Assembly (NCBI RefSeq): GCF_018350175.1
Contig: NC_058368.1
Coordinates: 145,082,001 to 145,146,000 of the forward strand
Direction: 5' to 3'
Source of the DNA: Felis catus
Lineage: Eukaryota
Length of the DNA stretch: 64,000 bases
Both the position numbers and the translations under genes were made by a program. Below the pieces are notes generated by a model. That model worked only from the letters and a program-made list of their open reading frames with translations, did no database searches and was not told the DNA's origin. Numbering within the stretch: position 1 is the first letter of the stretch; each line of letters opens with the position of its first letter. Positions 38,605-49,113 of the stretch are shown here, piece after piece.

Positions 38605-39044
38605 GATCACCATGATTTATGAGCATCTATTATAAAGCTACATCTCACAGAAACCTGCTACAGACGCTATACCCCAGAGAGTTAAGTATTCCACACAGAC
38701 TGTTGAACTGGATGCGGTATATGAGTCATTAGCATGGCATAGATAAGGCACAATATTGAGGAGCATTACAGGTGGCTGTTTGTCCTCTGGTCTTACCACA
38801 TTCATTTTCCCAGAGCCGAGGAAGGGTTATATATTTCTCCAACTCACTTTTCTTTCTCTATCTTTTCTGTTTCTCTGCTAAGAGTGCTACTTGCTGCCAC
38901 TACCACAATTTCTATCACTGCTAATCCAAACACTTATCTCTGCTGCTTTCTTCCCTCCTATGCTGTCTACAATCAACTGCCCATCTGTTAAGAATGCAAA
39001 AGCTAGTCACTAAAAAACATAGTATACAAAGTACTATGAAAGTA

Positions 39045-39350
39045 TACATTTATCTCAAAAAGCAACACTTACTTATAAAACATTCCAAGTAAATTTTAGA
39101 ATAAATATGCTGAGGTCTTCAAATATCTTACTGAAATTTTTATTACAGTTGCACTTGAGTTTATAGATTAATCTGGGGGAAATGACATCTTTGTTACATT
39201 AAGTCATCCCATGGTATTTCTCTCCTACTAGTTATGTCTTCTTTTATATCCTTTAATAGAGCTTTAAAATTCCTCTATAATAGTCTCATGCAATTTTTTT
39301 CAGTTTAGTTATTTGATTGTATTGGTTGCTATTGTTGTATACATTGCTAG
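39045..39350 (-). mobile_element. Inverted ORF2 fragment of an ancient L1 (L1ME-like)
   Basis: Reverse complement reads AAAGATGTCATTTCCCCCAGATTAATCTATAAACTCAAGTGCAAC...ATTCTAAAATTTACTTGGAA, a decayed ORF2 'KMSILPKLIYRFNAIP...ILKFIW' region. Confidence 0.65.
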
Positions 39351-39793
39351 GTCAATTGCTCCACTAGACTTTAGGACATAGTGCAAAGAGCCACTGTCAT
39401 AAAAACATTGTGATACTAGACAGAAACAGACAAATGATCAATGAAATGTGAGAAAGAACTCATATATGGTAAGGGTGTACTACAAGTAAATAGGAAAAGT
39501 ACAAAGTGCTTGTATTCTACAGGAAGAAAAATAAAATCAAACACGACACTTTACATGTTTACTTTTACACAAAAGTAAACTCCTTAGGGATTAGAGACTC
39601 AAATGTAAAATACAACAAATATAAAATACAAATAATATAAAATATAACTGTAAAGCAAATAGAAGAAAACATAGGGAAATGTGTGATATCAGGATAGAAA
39701 AGGATTTCTTCAGACCACAACAACATGAATCACAATGTACTGATTTTCGTGTTGTGATAAGACAATTTAACCACTTGAAGGTTAAGGATTCCT

Positions 39794-39990
39794 GGGGTGC
39801 CTGGGTAGGTCAGTCAGTTAAGTGTCCAAGTTTGGCTCAGGTCATGATCTCACACTTCATGGGTTTGAGCCCTGCATTGGGTTCTGCCCTGATAGAATGG
39901 ACCCTGCTTGGGATTCTCTCTCTGCCCTTCCCCCACTTGCATTTTCTCTCTCTCAAAAATAAATAAATAAACTTCAAAATAAACAAAAGA
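39794..39990 (+). mobile_element. SINEC
   Basis: TSD TTAAGGATTCCT. Confidence 0.92.
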
Positions 39991-40451
39991 GAAAATTAAG
40001 GATTCCTTATCAAAGGAGGACACCACAGACAAAATTAACAGACTATATTACAGTGTCTAAAATCAACAAGGTTAGTGTCTAGAATATTCAAGGAAATCCT
40101 GCTGAGTAGGGAAAATGGTAAAGGATATGAACAGTGAATTCACATTTATTCACCCAGCAAATATTTATTGAGCATCTACATTTTAAGGGCAAGAGTTACA
40201 GGTATATAAAACATAGATAAGATCCCATCCTTCAAAGGAAGGCACTTGAGCACTGGAAATACCTATAGAAATATACATAATAAGATTAATATACGATGTT
40301 TTTTATGATAAACAGTATAAAGAAAGATAAAGCAAAACAAAGATAGAAGATGATGAAGAGTACTCCTTTAAATAAGATGGTCAAAGATATAATATTTAAG
40401 CAGAAATCCAAATAAAGTGGGTGAACAAAGTGAATAAGAAAAAAAGAGTTT

Positions 40452-40930
40452 GGGGGTACGTGGGTGGCTCAGTCTTATTATGGGTCCGACTCTTGATTTT
40501 GGCTCAAATCATGATCTCAGAGTTGTGAGATCGAGCCCCACATCAGCACGACTCGGCTCCTGCTTAGCATGGGCCTTAAGATTCTCTCTCTCGGGGGCGC
40601 CTGGGTGGCGCAGTCGGTTAAGCATCCGACATCAGCCAGGTCACGATCTCGCGGTCTGTGAGTTCGAGCCCCGCATCGGGCTCTGGGCTGATGGCTCGGA
40701 GCCTGGAGCCTGTTTCCGATTCTGTATCTCCCTCTCTCTCTGCCCCTCCCCTGTTCATGCTCTGTCTCTCTCTGTCCCAAAAATAAATAAAAAACGTTAA
40801 AAAAAAAAAAAAAAAGATTCTCTCTCTCACTTTCCCTCTATCCTTGCTCCGCCTCTTGCTCGCTCTTTCTCTCAAAAAAAAACCAAAAAACAAAAAAAAC
40901 AAAACAAAAAACCAAACCCCAAAGAAATGA
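40452..40930 (+). mobile_element. Older SINEC split by a younger SINE
   Basis: Head at 40452-40592; (CT)n and A-tail resume after 40828. Confidence 0.87.
40593..40813 (+). mobile_element. Young felid SINEC nested in a SINE
   Basis: TSD AAGATTCTCTCTCTC at 40578-40592 / 40814-40828. Confidence 0.96.
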
Positions 40931-41667
40931 AAAAAAGTAAGTAATGACATACCACTTTATAAATATCAGACCAGCAAAAATATAATGTGAGATAATATCA
41001 AGTATCAGTGGAAGTAGAGGGAAAGGGGAACTCTCTTGTATTGTTAGTGAAAGTGTAAAGTGCTACAGCCATTCTGGAAAGCAAGCTGACAGCACTTAGT
41101 GAAATGAAGTATGTTCTACCCTGTGATCCAGAGATCTTTCTCTAGAAAATCAGAGTTCTCCAAGAAGTTGTTGTATGAAAGAAGACTTGTATGAAAATGG
41201 AAATCATAGAGTTGTTTGTGGTATCAGGAAATTAAAGGCAATCCAGGTTATCATCACCAGAGGAAGATATATATGGCAGACATATACTCTGAAGTAGCTA
41301 CAGCAGGCACAAGTTATGAAATATATACAGACTTAAACAGATTTTCTAAAGTTGAACACTGAAATACAGGAAAAAAATCTCTGATTTTCTTTGAAATAAT
41401 ATAGTATGTAGAGGTGAAATTGTGGGGGTTGGGGAGGCAAAGGGAGGAGTAATTTGAAATATTTATTAAGCCAGATTAGCTATGAGTTGATAATTGCCAA
41501 TGATGCATGATGGATACATGGGAGTTATAGTACCTTCTGCACACTTGTATGAAGTTTTCCATCAAAAAGGCATTTTTAGAGGGTTAAGTGAAAATTGAAA
41601 CAGATCTATACCAGAATATCACTAATATAAATTAAAAACACTTATGTGCACAAAACACTACATTTTT

Positions 41668-41889
41668 TTTTCTTAATTTTTTTTTTCAACGTTTATTTAT
41701 TTTTGGGACAGAGAGAGACAGAGCATGAACGGGGGAGGGGCAGAGAGAGAGGGAGACACAGAATCGGAAACAGGCTCCAGGCTCTGAGCCATCAGCCCAG
41801 AGCCTGATGCGGGGCTCGAACTCCCGGACCGCGAGATCGTGACCTGGCTGAAGTCGGAGGCTTAACCGACTGCGCCACCCAGGCGCCCC
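41668..41889 (-). mobile_element. Young felid SINEC
   Basis: Near-consensus; flanking CACTACATTTTTTT / CACCACATTTTTTT. Confidence 0.95.
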
Positions 41890-42027
41890 ATCACCACATT
41901 TTTTTAAAGACACAGACATATCCAAAAACATTAGTATGGATGTCTACGGAGACAAAGAATGAGAATAGAAATTGTGGACATATGAGGATTTTTTTTCCTA
42001 AGGGGAGTGGGGGTAGGGGTATTACAT

Positions 42028-42157
42028 TTTTTAATTTATTTTTTATTTTTTAGATGTTTTATTTTCAAGTAATCTCTATACCCAACACGGGGCTCGAACT
42101 CACAACCCTGAGATCAAGAGTTGCACACTCCACCAATCAAGCCAGCCAGGCAACCCA
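42028..42157 (-). mobile_element. Short old-type SINEC
   Basis: AAGTAATCTCTATACCCAACACGGGGCTCGAACTCACAACCCTGAGATCAAGAG. Confidence 0.85.
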
Positions 42158-42286
42158 AATGCAAACTACTTTAAATAAAATAAAACAAAAGAAAGCCCTG
42201 TACTTGCCAAAGCTAATACTGTGCCATTATCTGAGAAATCTGATTAACTGAATTTGTTTCACCTGAAGTTTAAAAAGAAAACACCA

Positions 42287-42520
42287 GGGGCGCCTCAGTG
42301 GGTTGGACAACCGACTTTGGCTCTGGTCAAGATCTCATGGTTTGTGAGTTTGAGCTCCTCGATGGGCTCTGTGCTGACAGCTCAGAGCCTGGAGCCTGCT
42401 TTAATTCTGTCTCAGGCTCTCTTCTGCCCCTCCCCCCTTCGTGCTAGCGCATGTGCCCAAGCTCACTCGCGCTCCCTCTCTCTCTCCTTCAAAAATAAAC
42501 AAACATTGAAAAAAAAAAAA
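42287..42520 (+). mobile_element. SINEC
   Basis: TSD AAAAGAAAACAC. Confidence 0.9.
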
Positions 42521-43314
42521 GAAAAGAAAACACTAAACAAATACAAATCCGAACTGAGAGAAGGGAGTAATTCTTCCCCATACCTAGGACCCAAAAGGCA
42601 AAAGCAAAAGGCAAAAGGTTCAATGCCCATTTCACAGAGGACAAACGGAAGGACAGTGAGTGAAATAACATTGTAAGCTCATAAAATAGCAAGTAGGAAA
42701 GGTGCAATTCAAGCCCAGGACCAGAAGTGCCACTCTTCAGTCACTGTGCATCCAATGCTGCACTATTCTAATTTAAAACCTGCACACTACTAACAGATTG
42801 ACCCTCCTAAAATATAACTTTATGCCACAATGCCACTGTTACTGGCATCTCCCCCCAAATTAAATTCTGTATAGATTATATACTATCCCCAATGATCCTC
42901 ACCCACTTTTTCAATATCCTACTTTTCTCCAATATAAGTCCTCTCTTCTAGCCACACTAGTCCTCCTTACTTCTTTCAAAATACCCACAACACCTCCAAG
43001 CCCCTAAGAACTTTCTCCAAACTGAATACCTCTACTCTCCTCTATACGTATTTGTATCCCATATATCCTAAAAGCTCTGGCACTGAGAACACTTTCACAA
43101 CACTAATTGAGTGACTAAAGTCCCACAATTACTCCAAGAAGCTTCCCTGATGACTTCGGCAAACACCTTTCCCTTCTTTAATATCTTTTGCACTTACTCT
43201 CTGCGCCATTCAATTAACACCTATTACAGTAACACCTCATTTATCCAGCATCATTGGGAAAAGAAAGTGTTCATCAGAAGCAAATTTTCCAGACAACTTA
43301 ATCATTAATTTAGG

Positions 43315-43550
43315 AAGCAGCAAAGTTGAGTAGTGTTGACTTTAGTTATAGATAGATGTAGGTTCAAATCTCAGTTCTGCCACTTACTAGCTAAGTGGCT
43401 TTGGGTAAGTGTCAACACTGTTTCATCACCTGTAAACAGGGGATATACTAACTTCACAAAATTGTTGTGGATTATTAAAGAAATCACACGAAAAAATCTG
43501 GTACAACCTTCTTTAAATAATGGCTACAAATTAATTCCAACTGCTACTGT
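43315..43550 (+). mobile_element. MIR SINE
   Basis: GGTTCAAATCTCAGTTCTGCCACTTACTAGCT...TCACCTGTAAACAGGGGAT. Confidence 0.7.
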
Positions 43551-43724
43551 GCACTAAAACAAAATAAATTCATCAAATATGTATACTTTGAGATTTTTAT
43601 TAGAGGACAGTGAATGTAAATAAACCACCACTTAGAAACTCATTCATTTAACATTCATTCATCCAATATTTATCAATTCAGTAGAGGTACAGGATACAAA
43701 ATCAATGTGTAAAAATAATTTCTA

Positions 43725-43944
43725 GGGGCGCCTGGGTGGCTCAGTCGGTTGAGCGTCCGACTTCAGCTCAGGTCACGATCTCGCGGTCGGTGAGTTCGAG
43801 CCCCGCGTCGGGCTCTGGGCTGATGGCTCAGAGCCTAGAGCCTGTTTCCAATTCTGTGTCTCCCTCTCTCTCTGCCCCTCCCCTGTTCATGCTCTGTCTC
43901 TCTCTGTCTCAAAAATAAATAAAGTTTAAAAAAAATTAAAAAAA
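43725..43944 (+). mobile_element. Felid SINEC inside the old L1
   Basis: TSD AATAATTTCTA. Confidence 0.95.
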
Positions 43945-44006
43945 ATAATAATTTCTATACACTAATGATGAACTGTTAGAGAAACTTTTAAAAGTAATCC
44001 CACTTA

Positions 44007-44120
44007 GGGGTGACTGGCTGGCTCAGGTAGCAGAGAGTGTGACTTCTGATACCAGGGCTGTAAGTTCCAGCCCCACATTGGGTGTAGAAATTACTTAAAA
44101 TCTTAAAAATCAATAAAAGT
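44007..44120 (+). mobile_element. Short old-type SINEC inside the old L1
   Basis: GGGGTGACTGGCTGGCTCAG...CCCCACATTGGGTGTAGAAATTACTTAAAA. Confidence 0.85.
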
Positions 44121-44331
44121 AATAATAACAGAATACCATCAAAAAGAATAAAATACATATGACTAAATTTAACCAAGAAGGTGAAAGATCTCTACAATGA
44201 AAACTATCATACATCACTCAAAAAACTGGTCACAAATAAATGCAAAGATATTCCATGTCCATGGATTGGATGAATCAATATTGCTAAACTGTCCAAACTA
44301 CCCAAAGTGATCTAAGATTTTATGCAATCCA

Positions 44332-44538
44332 GGGGTGCCTGGGTGGCTCAGTCGGTTAAGCATCCAACTTCAGCTGAGGTCATGATCTTACAGTTTGTGA
44401 GTTCTAGCCCCACGTTGGGCTCTGTGCTGACAGCTCAGAGCCTGGAGCCTGCTTCGGATTCTGTGTCTCCCTCTCTCTCTGCCTCTACCCTGCTCATGCT
44501 CTGTCTCTATCAAAAATAAATCAACGCTAAAAAAATTT
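44332..44538 (+). mobile_element. Felid SINEC inside the old L1
   Basis: TSD AAGATTTTATGCAATCC. Confidence 0.95.
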
Positions 44539-45493
44539 AAGATTTTATGCAATCCTTATCAAAATTCAAATGATATTTTTCACAGAAATAGAAAAAAATA
44601 ATCCTAAAATTTGTATGGAACCACAAAAGGCCCTGAATAACCAAGGAATCCTAGGAAAGGAAGCATCATGCTTGCTGATTTCAAATTATGTTATAAAGCT
44701 ATAGTAATCAAAACAGTATGGTATGGGAATAAAAACATATATATCAATGGAAGAGACTAGAGACACTAGAAATAAAGTCATGTACATATGGTCAATTAAT
44801 TTACAACCAAGAAACCAAGATATAGAAGGGAAAAGAATAGTCTCTTCAATCAATGTTGCTGGGAAATCTAGATAGCCACATGTAAAGGAATGAAATTGGA
44901 CCCTTATCTTACACCATACACAAAAAAATCAACTCAAAATGCATTAAAGACTTGAATTTAAGACCTGAAATCATAAAACTCCTAAAAGAAAACACAGTGG
45001 GTAAGCTCCTTGACAGCGGTCTTGGAAGTAACTTTTTTGGATATGACACTAAAAGCAAAGGCAACAAAAGCAAAAACAAGCAAGTGGGACTACATCAAGC
45101 TAAAAAAAAAAAAAAAAACTTCTGCAGAGTAAAGGAAACAATCAACAGAGTGAAAAGGCAACCTACAAAATGGTAGAAAATATTTGCGAGTCATATCCCT
45201 GATAAGGGATTAACTACTAAAATATGTAAGACAATCCTAAAATTCAATAGCAAAAAAAAAACCCCAAGTAAACCAATTTAAAAATGGGAAAGAACTGAAA
45301 CAGACATTTCTCCCAAGAAGATATACAAATGATCAAGGGATATATGAAAAGGAATCCTAATCCTCAAAGAAATACAAATCAAAACTACAATGAGATATCA
45401 CCACACACCTGTTAAAATAGTTATCAAAAAGACAAGAGATAAAATGTGTTGGTGAGGATGTACTATTGGTGGAAATATAAATTCACGCAGCTA

Positions 45494-45529
<36 letters not shown>

Positions 45530-45692
45530 AGAAAAAAACCAGAATGGAGGTTTTCAAAAAAATTTAAAAACAGATTGAATTTTGACCCTTTTAATAAATG
45601 TATACCCTAAAAAAATTAAAAATAGAACTATCATATGATCCAGCAATCCCACTTCTGAACATATACCCGAAGAAAATAAAAAGAGGATCTTT

Positions 45693-46043
45693 ATTTTTTA
45701 TTTTTTTAAATCTTTTTAAAAATGTGTGTTTATTTTTGAGAGAGGGAGAAAGCACGCATTAGCACGGGAGGGGGGCGGGGTGCAGAGATTGAGGGAGACA
45801 GAGGATCCTCAGCGGGCTCTGTACTGACTGACAGCAGTGAGCCTGATGCAGGCTCAAATTCATGAATGGCAAGATCCTGACCTGAGCCAAAGTCAGACGC
45901 TTAATTGACAGAACCACCCAGGCACCCCCCCCTTTTTTAAGATTTTACTGTTAAATATTCTCTACACCCAACATGGAGCTCAAATTTATAATCCCAAAAT
46001 CAAGAATCACATGCTCTATCAACTGAGCCAGTGAGGTGCCCCC
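45693..46043 (-). mobile_element. Two stacked SINECs (45693-45930 in the tail of 45933-46043)
   Basis: Two antisense heads ending GGCACCCC and GGTGCCCC; outer TSD AGGATCTTTA. Confidence 0.85.
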
Positions 46044-47680
46044 AAAGCAGGATCTTTAAGAGATCATCTGCACTCCCATATTCATGCAGCACTAACCACA
46101 ATCACCAAGATACTGAAACAACCTAAGTGTCTGTCAATAGATAAATGGATAAAGATCTATATACAATGGAATATTATTCAGCCATGAGAAAGGACATTCC
46201 ACAGTTTACAACAACATGAACAGACACTGTAGACATCATGCTAAGTGGAGGACAGAGAAAAACTAATGTTGTATGATCTCACATGTAGAATCAAAACAAA
46301 AATAAAAACAAAAACAAACTCATAGGCACAGATAACAGATTGGCAGTTGCCAAAGGTGGAGGTTGGACTAAATGGGTGAAGGTGCTCGAAAGTTACAAAT
46401 TTCCAATTGTAAGATGAGAATGTTAGGAGGGGTTAAGATGGCAGAGAAGTGGGGGACGTGGGGGACTGGGCTTTTCTCATCCCTCAAACACAGCTATATT
46501 GAGGTCAGATCACTTGGAATACCCAGGAAATCGATCTGTGGAATGGAGAAAGGATCTCCACTGTTGGAGGGACACAGCATGGCAGGTGTACAGTGTGTGG
46601 ATATGAGTTGGGGGAAAGGAAAACGGTGGTGCCCCAGACAGGAGGGAACTCTTTTCATGGAGAAACAAAAGGGAGAGAAAGACAGAGGTTGAGAAAGTGT
46701 GGCATCCAGTTCACACAAGAGGAAATCTCTAGTGACCATGGAATTGGGAACAGGAGGTTGAGTGCCACAGGGGTCTTTGTGTTGCAAAGAGCATTTGGAG
46801 CACAAACTCTGAGGTTTTAGAAGTGAGCAACTTTCTCTGGAGGGGAGCTGTGGTGCCTGGTCCCTGGGGTACAATCAGAGAGAGGCTTCCCCTTCCTGGA
46901 GTACTTTTAGAAAAGGGTATATTGCCTCCCTAATAAAAGACCCTGCAGGCACCAAAGGCCTTTCATCAATAGGGGACAGAGGCACACCCAGAAGGAATTT
47001 AACTTTGCTGCCTTTAGCGGTGCTACACTATTGATTCTGCAAAGTATACAGGCATGGGACTGTTTTTCAGTTTCAGGGGGCTTCAGACAGCGTGGAGAGA
47101 TTCTACTACAGCGGAGGGGGGCACATCTATACAGGGGCAGGTCCTTTAAGACATCAGGTTTTCAATTCCAGCCGCGTGCCAAAGAAAAAGGCAGTTGAGT
47201 TGTGGCACTGGGCAAGCTGTCTTTGCCATTCTGTGATGGCTGCTAGAACAGTGAGAGCTGTGAGATCACCTGTCCAGGGATGAGATATTGGGGTGGCACC
47301 ATTTTCCCCCAAGACAAATACAGTATAACTTCAGAGAGCAACACAATGGCCCCCAATGGAGGTGGGACCTGCATACACCAAACCACACACCCCCCACCTC
47401 CCCCATCACCCCACCCTCCCCCACCATGTGCCTGGCAACTGCTTATTTACTGGGACAAGACTTACTCTGAGCCAACACAGCAGGTGTCTCCTCTAGAGGA
47501 CTAGCACAGCCAGCACCCCCCATGCACCAAGTGTACTGAAAATTGAGTGCTTCAAAATGATACCTGTAGTTCTGGTGAAAATAGGACAAGGGTTAATTCT
47601 TTTCTTTTTCCTATTTTTTCTTTCTTCTTACTTTTTTCTTTTGGAATCAGGCTCATAGTTTCTTGTTTGTTTTTTTCATT

Positions 47681-47713
<33 letters not shown>

Positions 47714-49113
47714 TTGGATCAGGCCTTTTTATTCTTTTCTTTCTCTTTCTTTTTTCCCCTTTTCTTTGGAAAAACCATAAGTTCTTGATTCTCTGTTTGG
47801 TTTTTCTTATTGTTGTTCCCTTTCCTGTTCTCTTTTTTTGGGTTCTTTCCCCCCTTTTTCCAGGCTTACTTCAAAAAAACGAATCAAAGCACACCTAGTT
47901 AAAGGTCCAAACAGTCCCCACTGCAATCAAGGATGAGCTCTGCAGTAGACTGACTGGTGGGAAAGAGCAGTGAAAACACAACAGCAGAGTGCACACAGCA
48001 TATACCAGAAACACTTCCTGAAGGGCCAGGCCCCGGACAGTGTTATGACTCTCAGAAGTACACTCAGGTGCAGGGAACATAACAAGCTTTTAAAACATGT
48101 AAAAGACAGAAACTTAACCAAAAGGGCCAGACAGAGGAATTCAATCCAAAAGAAAGGTCAAGAAGAAATCACAGCCAGGGACCTGCTCAACACAGATATA
48201 AGCAAAATATCTGAACAAGAATTTAGAACAACAGTAATATGACTAATAGCTGGGCTTGAAAAAAGCACAGAAGACATCAGACAACCCTTGCTACAGAGAT
48301 CAAAGACCTAAAAACTAGTCAGGCTGAAATAAAAAAATGCTACAACTGAGAGGCAATACTGACTGGATATAGTCACAACAAGGGTTGAAGAAGCAGAGGA
48401 AAGAAAAGTGATACGGAAGATAACATTATGGAGAATAATGAAGCTGAAAAGAAGAGGGGGACGAAATTATTAGATCACAAGGGGGAGACTTAGAGAACTT
48501 AGTGATTCCATAAACAAAACAATATCTGTATCATAGAAGTCCCAGAAGAAGAGTGGGAAGAAGGGACAGAAAGTTTATTTGAACAAATTATAGCTGACAA
48601 CTTCCCTAATCTGGGGAAGGAAACAGACATCCAAGTCCCAGAGGCACAGAGAACTCCCCTCAAAATCAACAAAAACAAGTCAGCACCATGACATATCATA
48701 ATGAAACCTGCAAAATACAAAGAAAGAATTCAGAAAACAGCCAGGGACAAAAGGCCCTTAACCTACAAGAATAGACACATAAGGTTAGCAGTAGACCCGT
48801 CCACTGAAACTTGGCAGGCCAGAAGGAAGTGGTAGAAAATATTCAATGTGCTGAATGGGAAAAAATATGCAGTCAAGAATTCTTTATTCAACAAGCCTGT
48901 CATTCAGAATAGATGGAGTTTCCCAGACAAACAAAAGCTAAAGGAGTCCATGACCATTAATCCAGCCCTGCAAGAAATTTTAAGGGGGACTCTGTGAGTG
49001 GAGAAAAATAAAAAGAAGACCAAAGCAACAAAAACTACAAAGAATTAGAGAACATTACCAGAAACAACAGCTCTACAGGTAAGAATGGTAAATTCATCTT
49101 TCAACAATATTTC

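Larger units (their letters stand above)
39351..41990 (+). mobile_element. Ancient L1 (L1ME-like) ORF2 3' part and 3' end, interrupted by SINEs and an L2-like piece
   Basis: Decayed ORF2 (CATAAAAACATTGTGATACT...ACAAATGATCAATG; GGGAACTCTC...GTAAAGTGCTACAGCCATTCTGGAAAGCAA). Confidence 0.6.
43672..46425 (+). mobile_element. Older L1 (L1MA9-like) ORF2 3' half and 3'UTR, left part
   Basis: Decayed ORF2 (NLRPEIIKLLKEN, FCRVKETINRVKRQPT). The 3'UTR breaks off at ...TTCCAATTGTAAGATGAG and resumes at 56263. Contains 5 SINE insertions. Confidence 0.85.

Noticed and set aside
38720..38750. AP-1 (TGAGTCA) plus GATA (AGATAA) enhancer
   Set aside because: Short motifs like these are expected by chance in 64 kb, and there is no supporting evidence.
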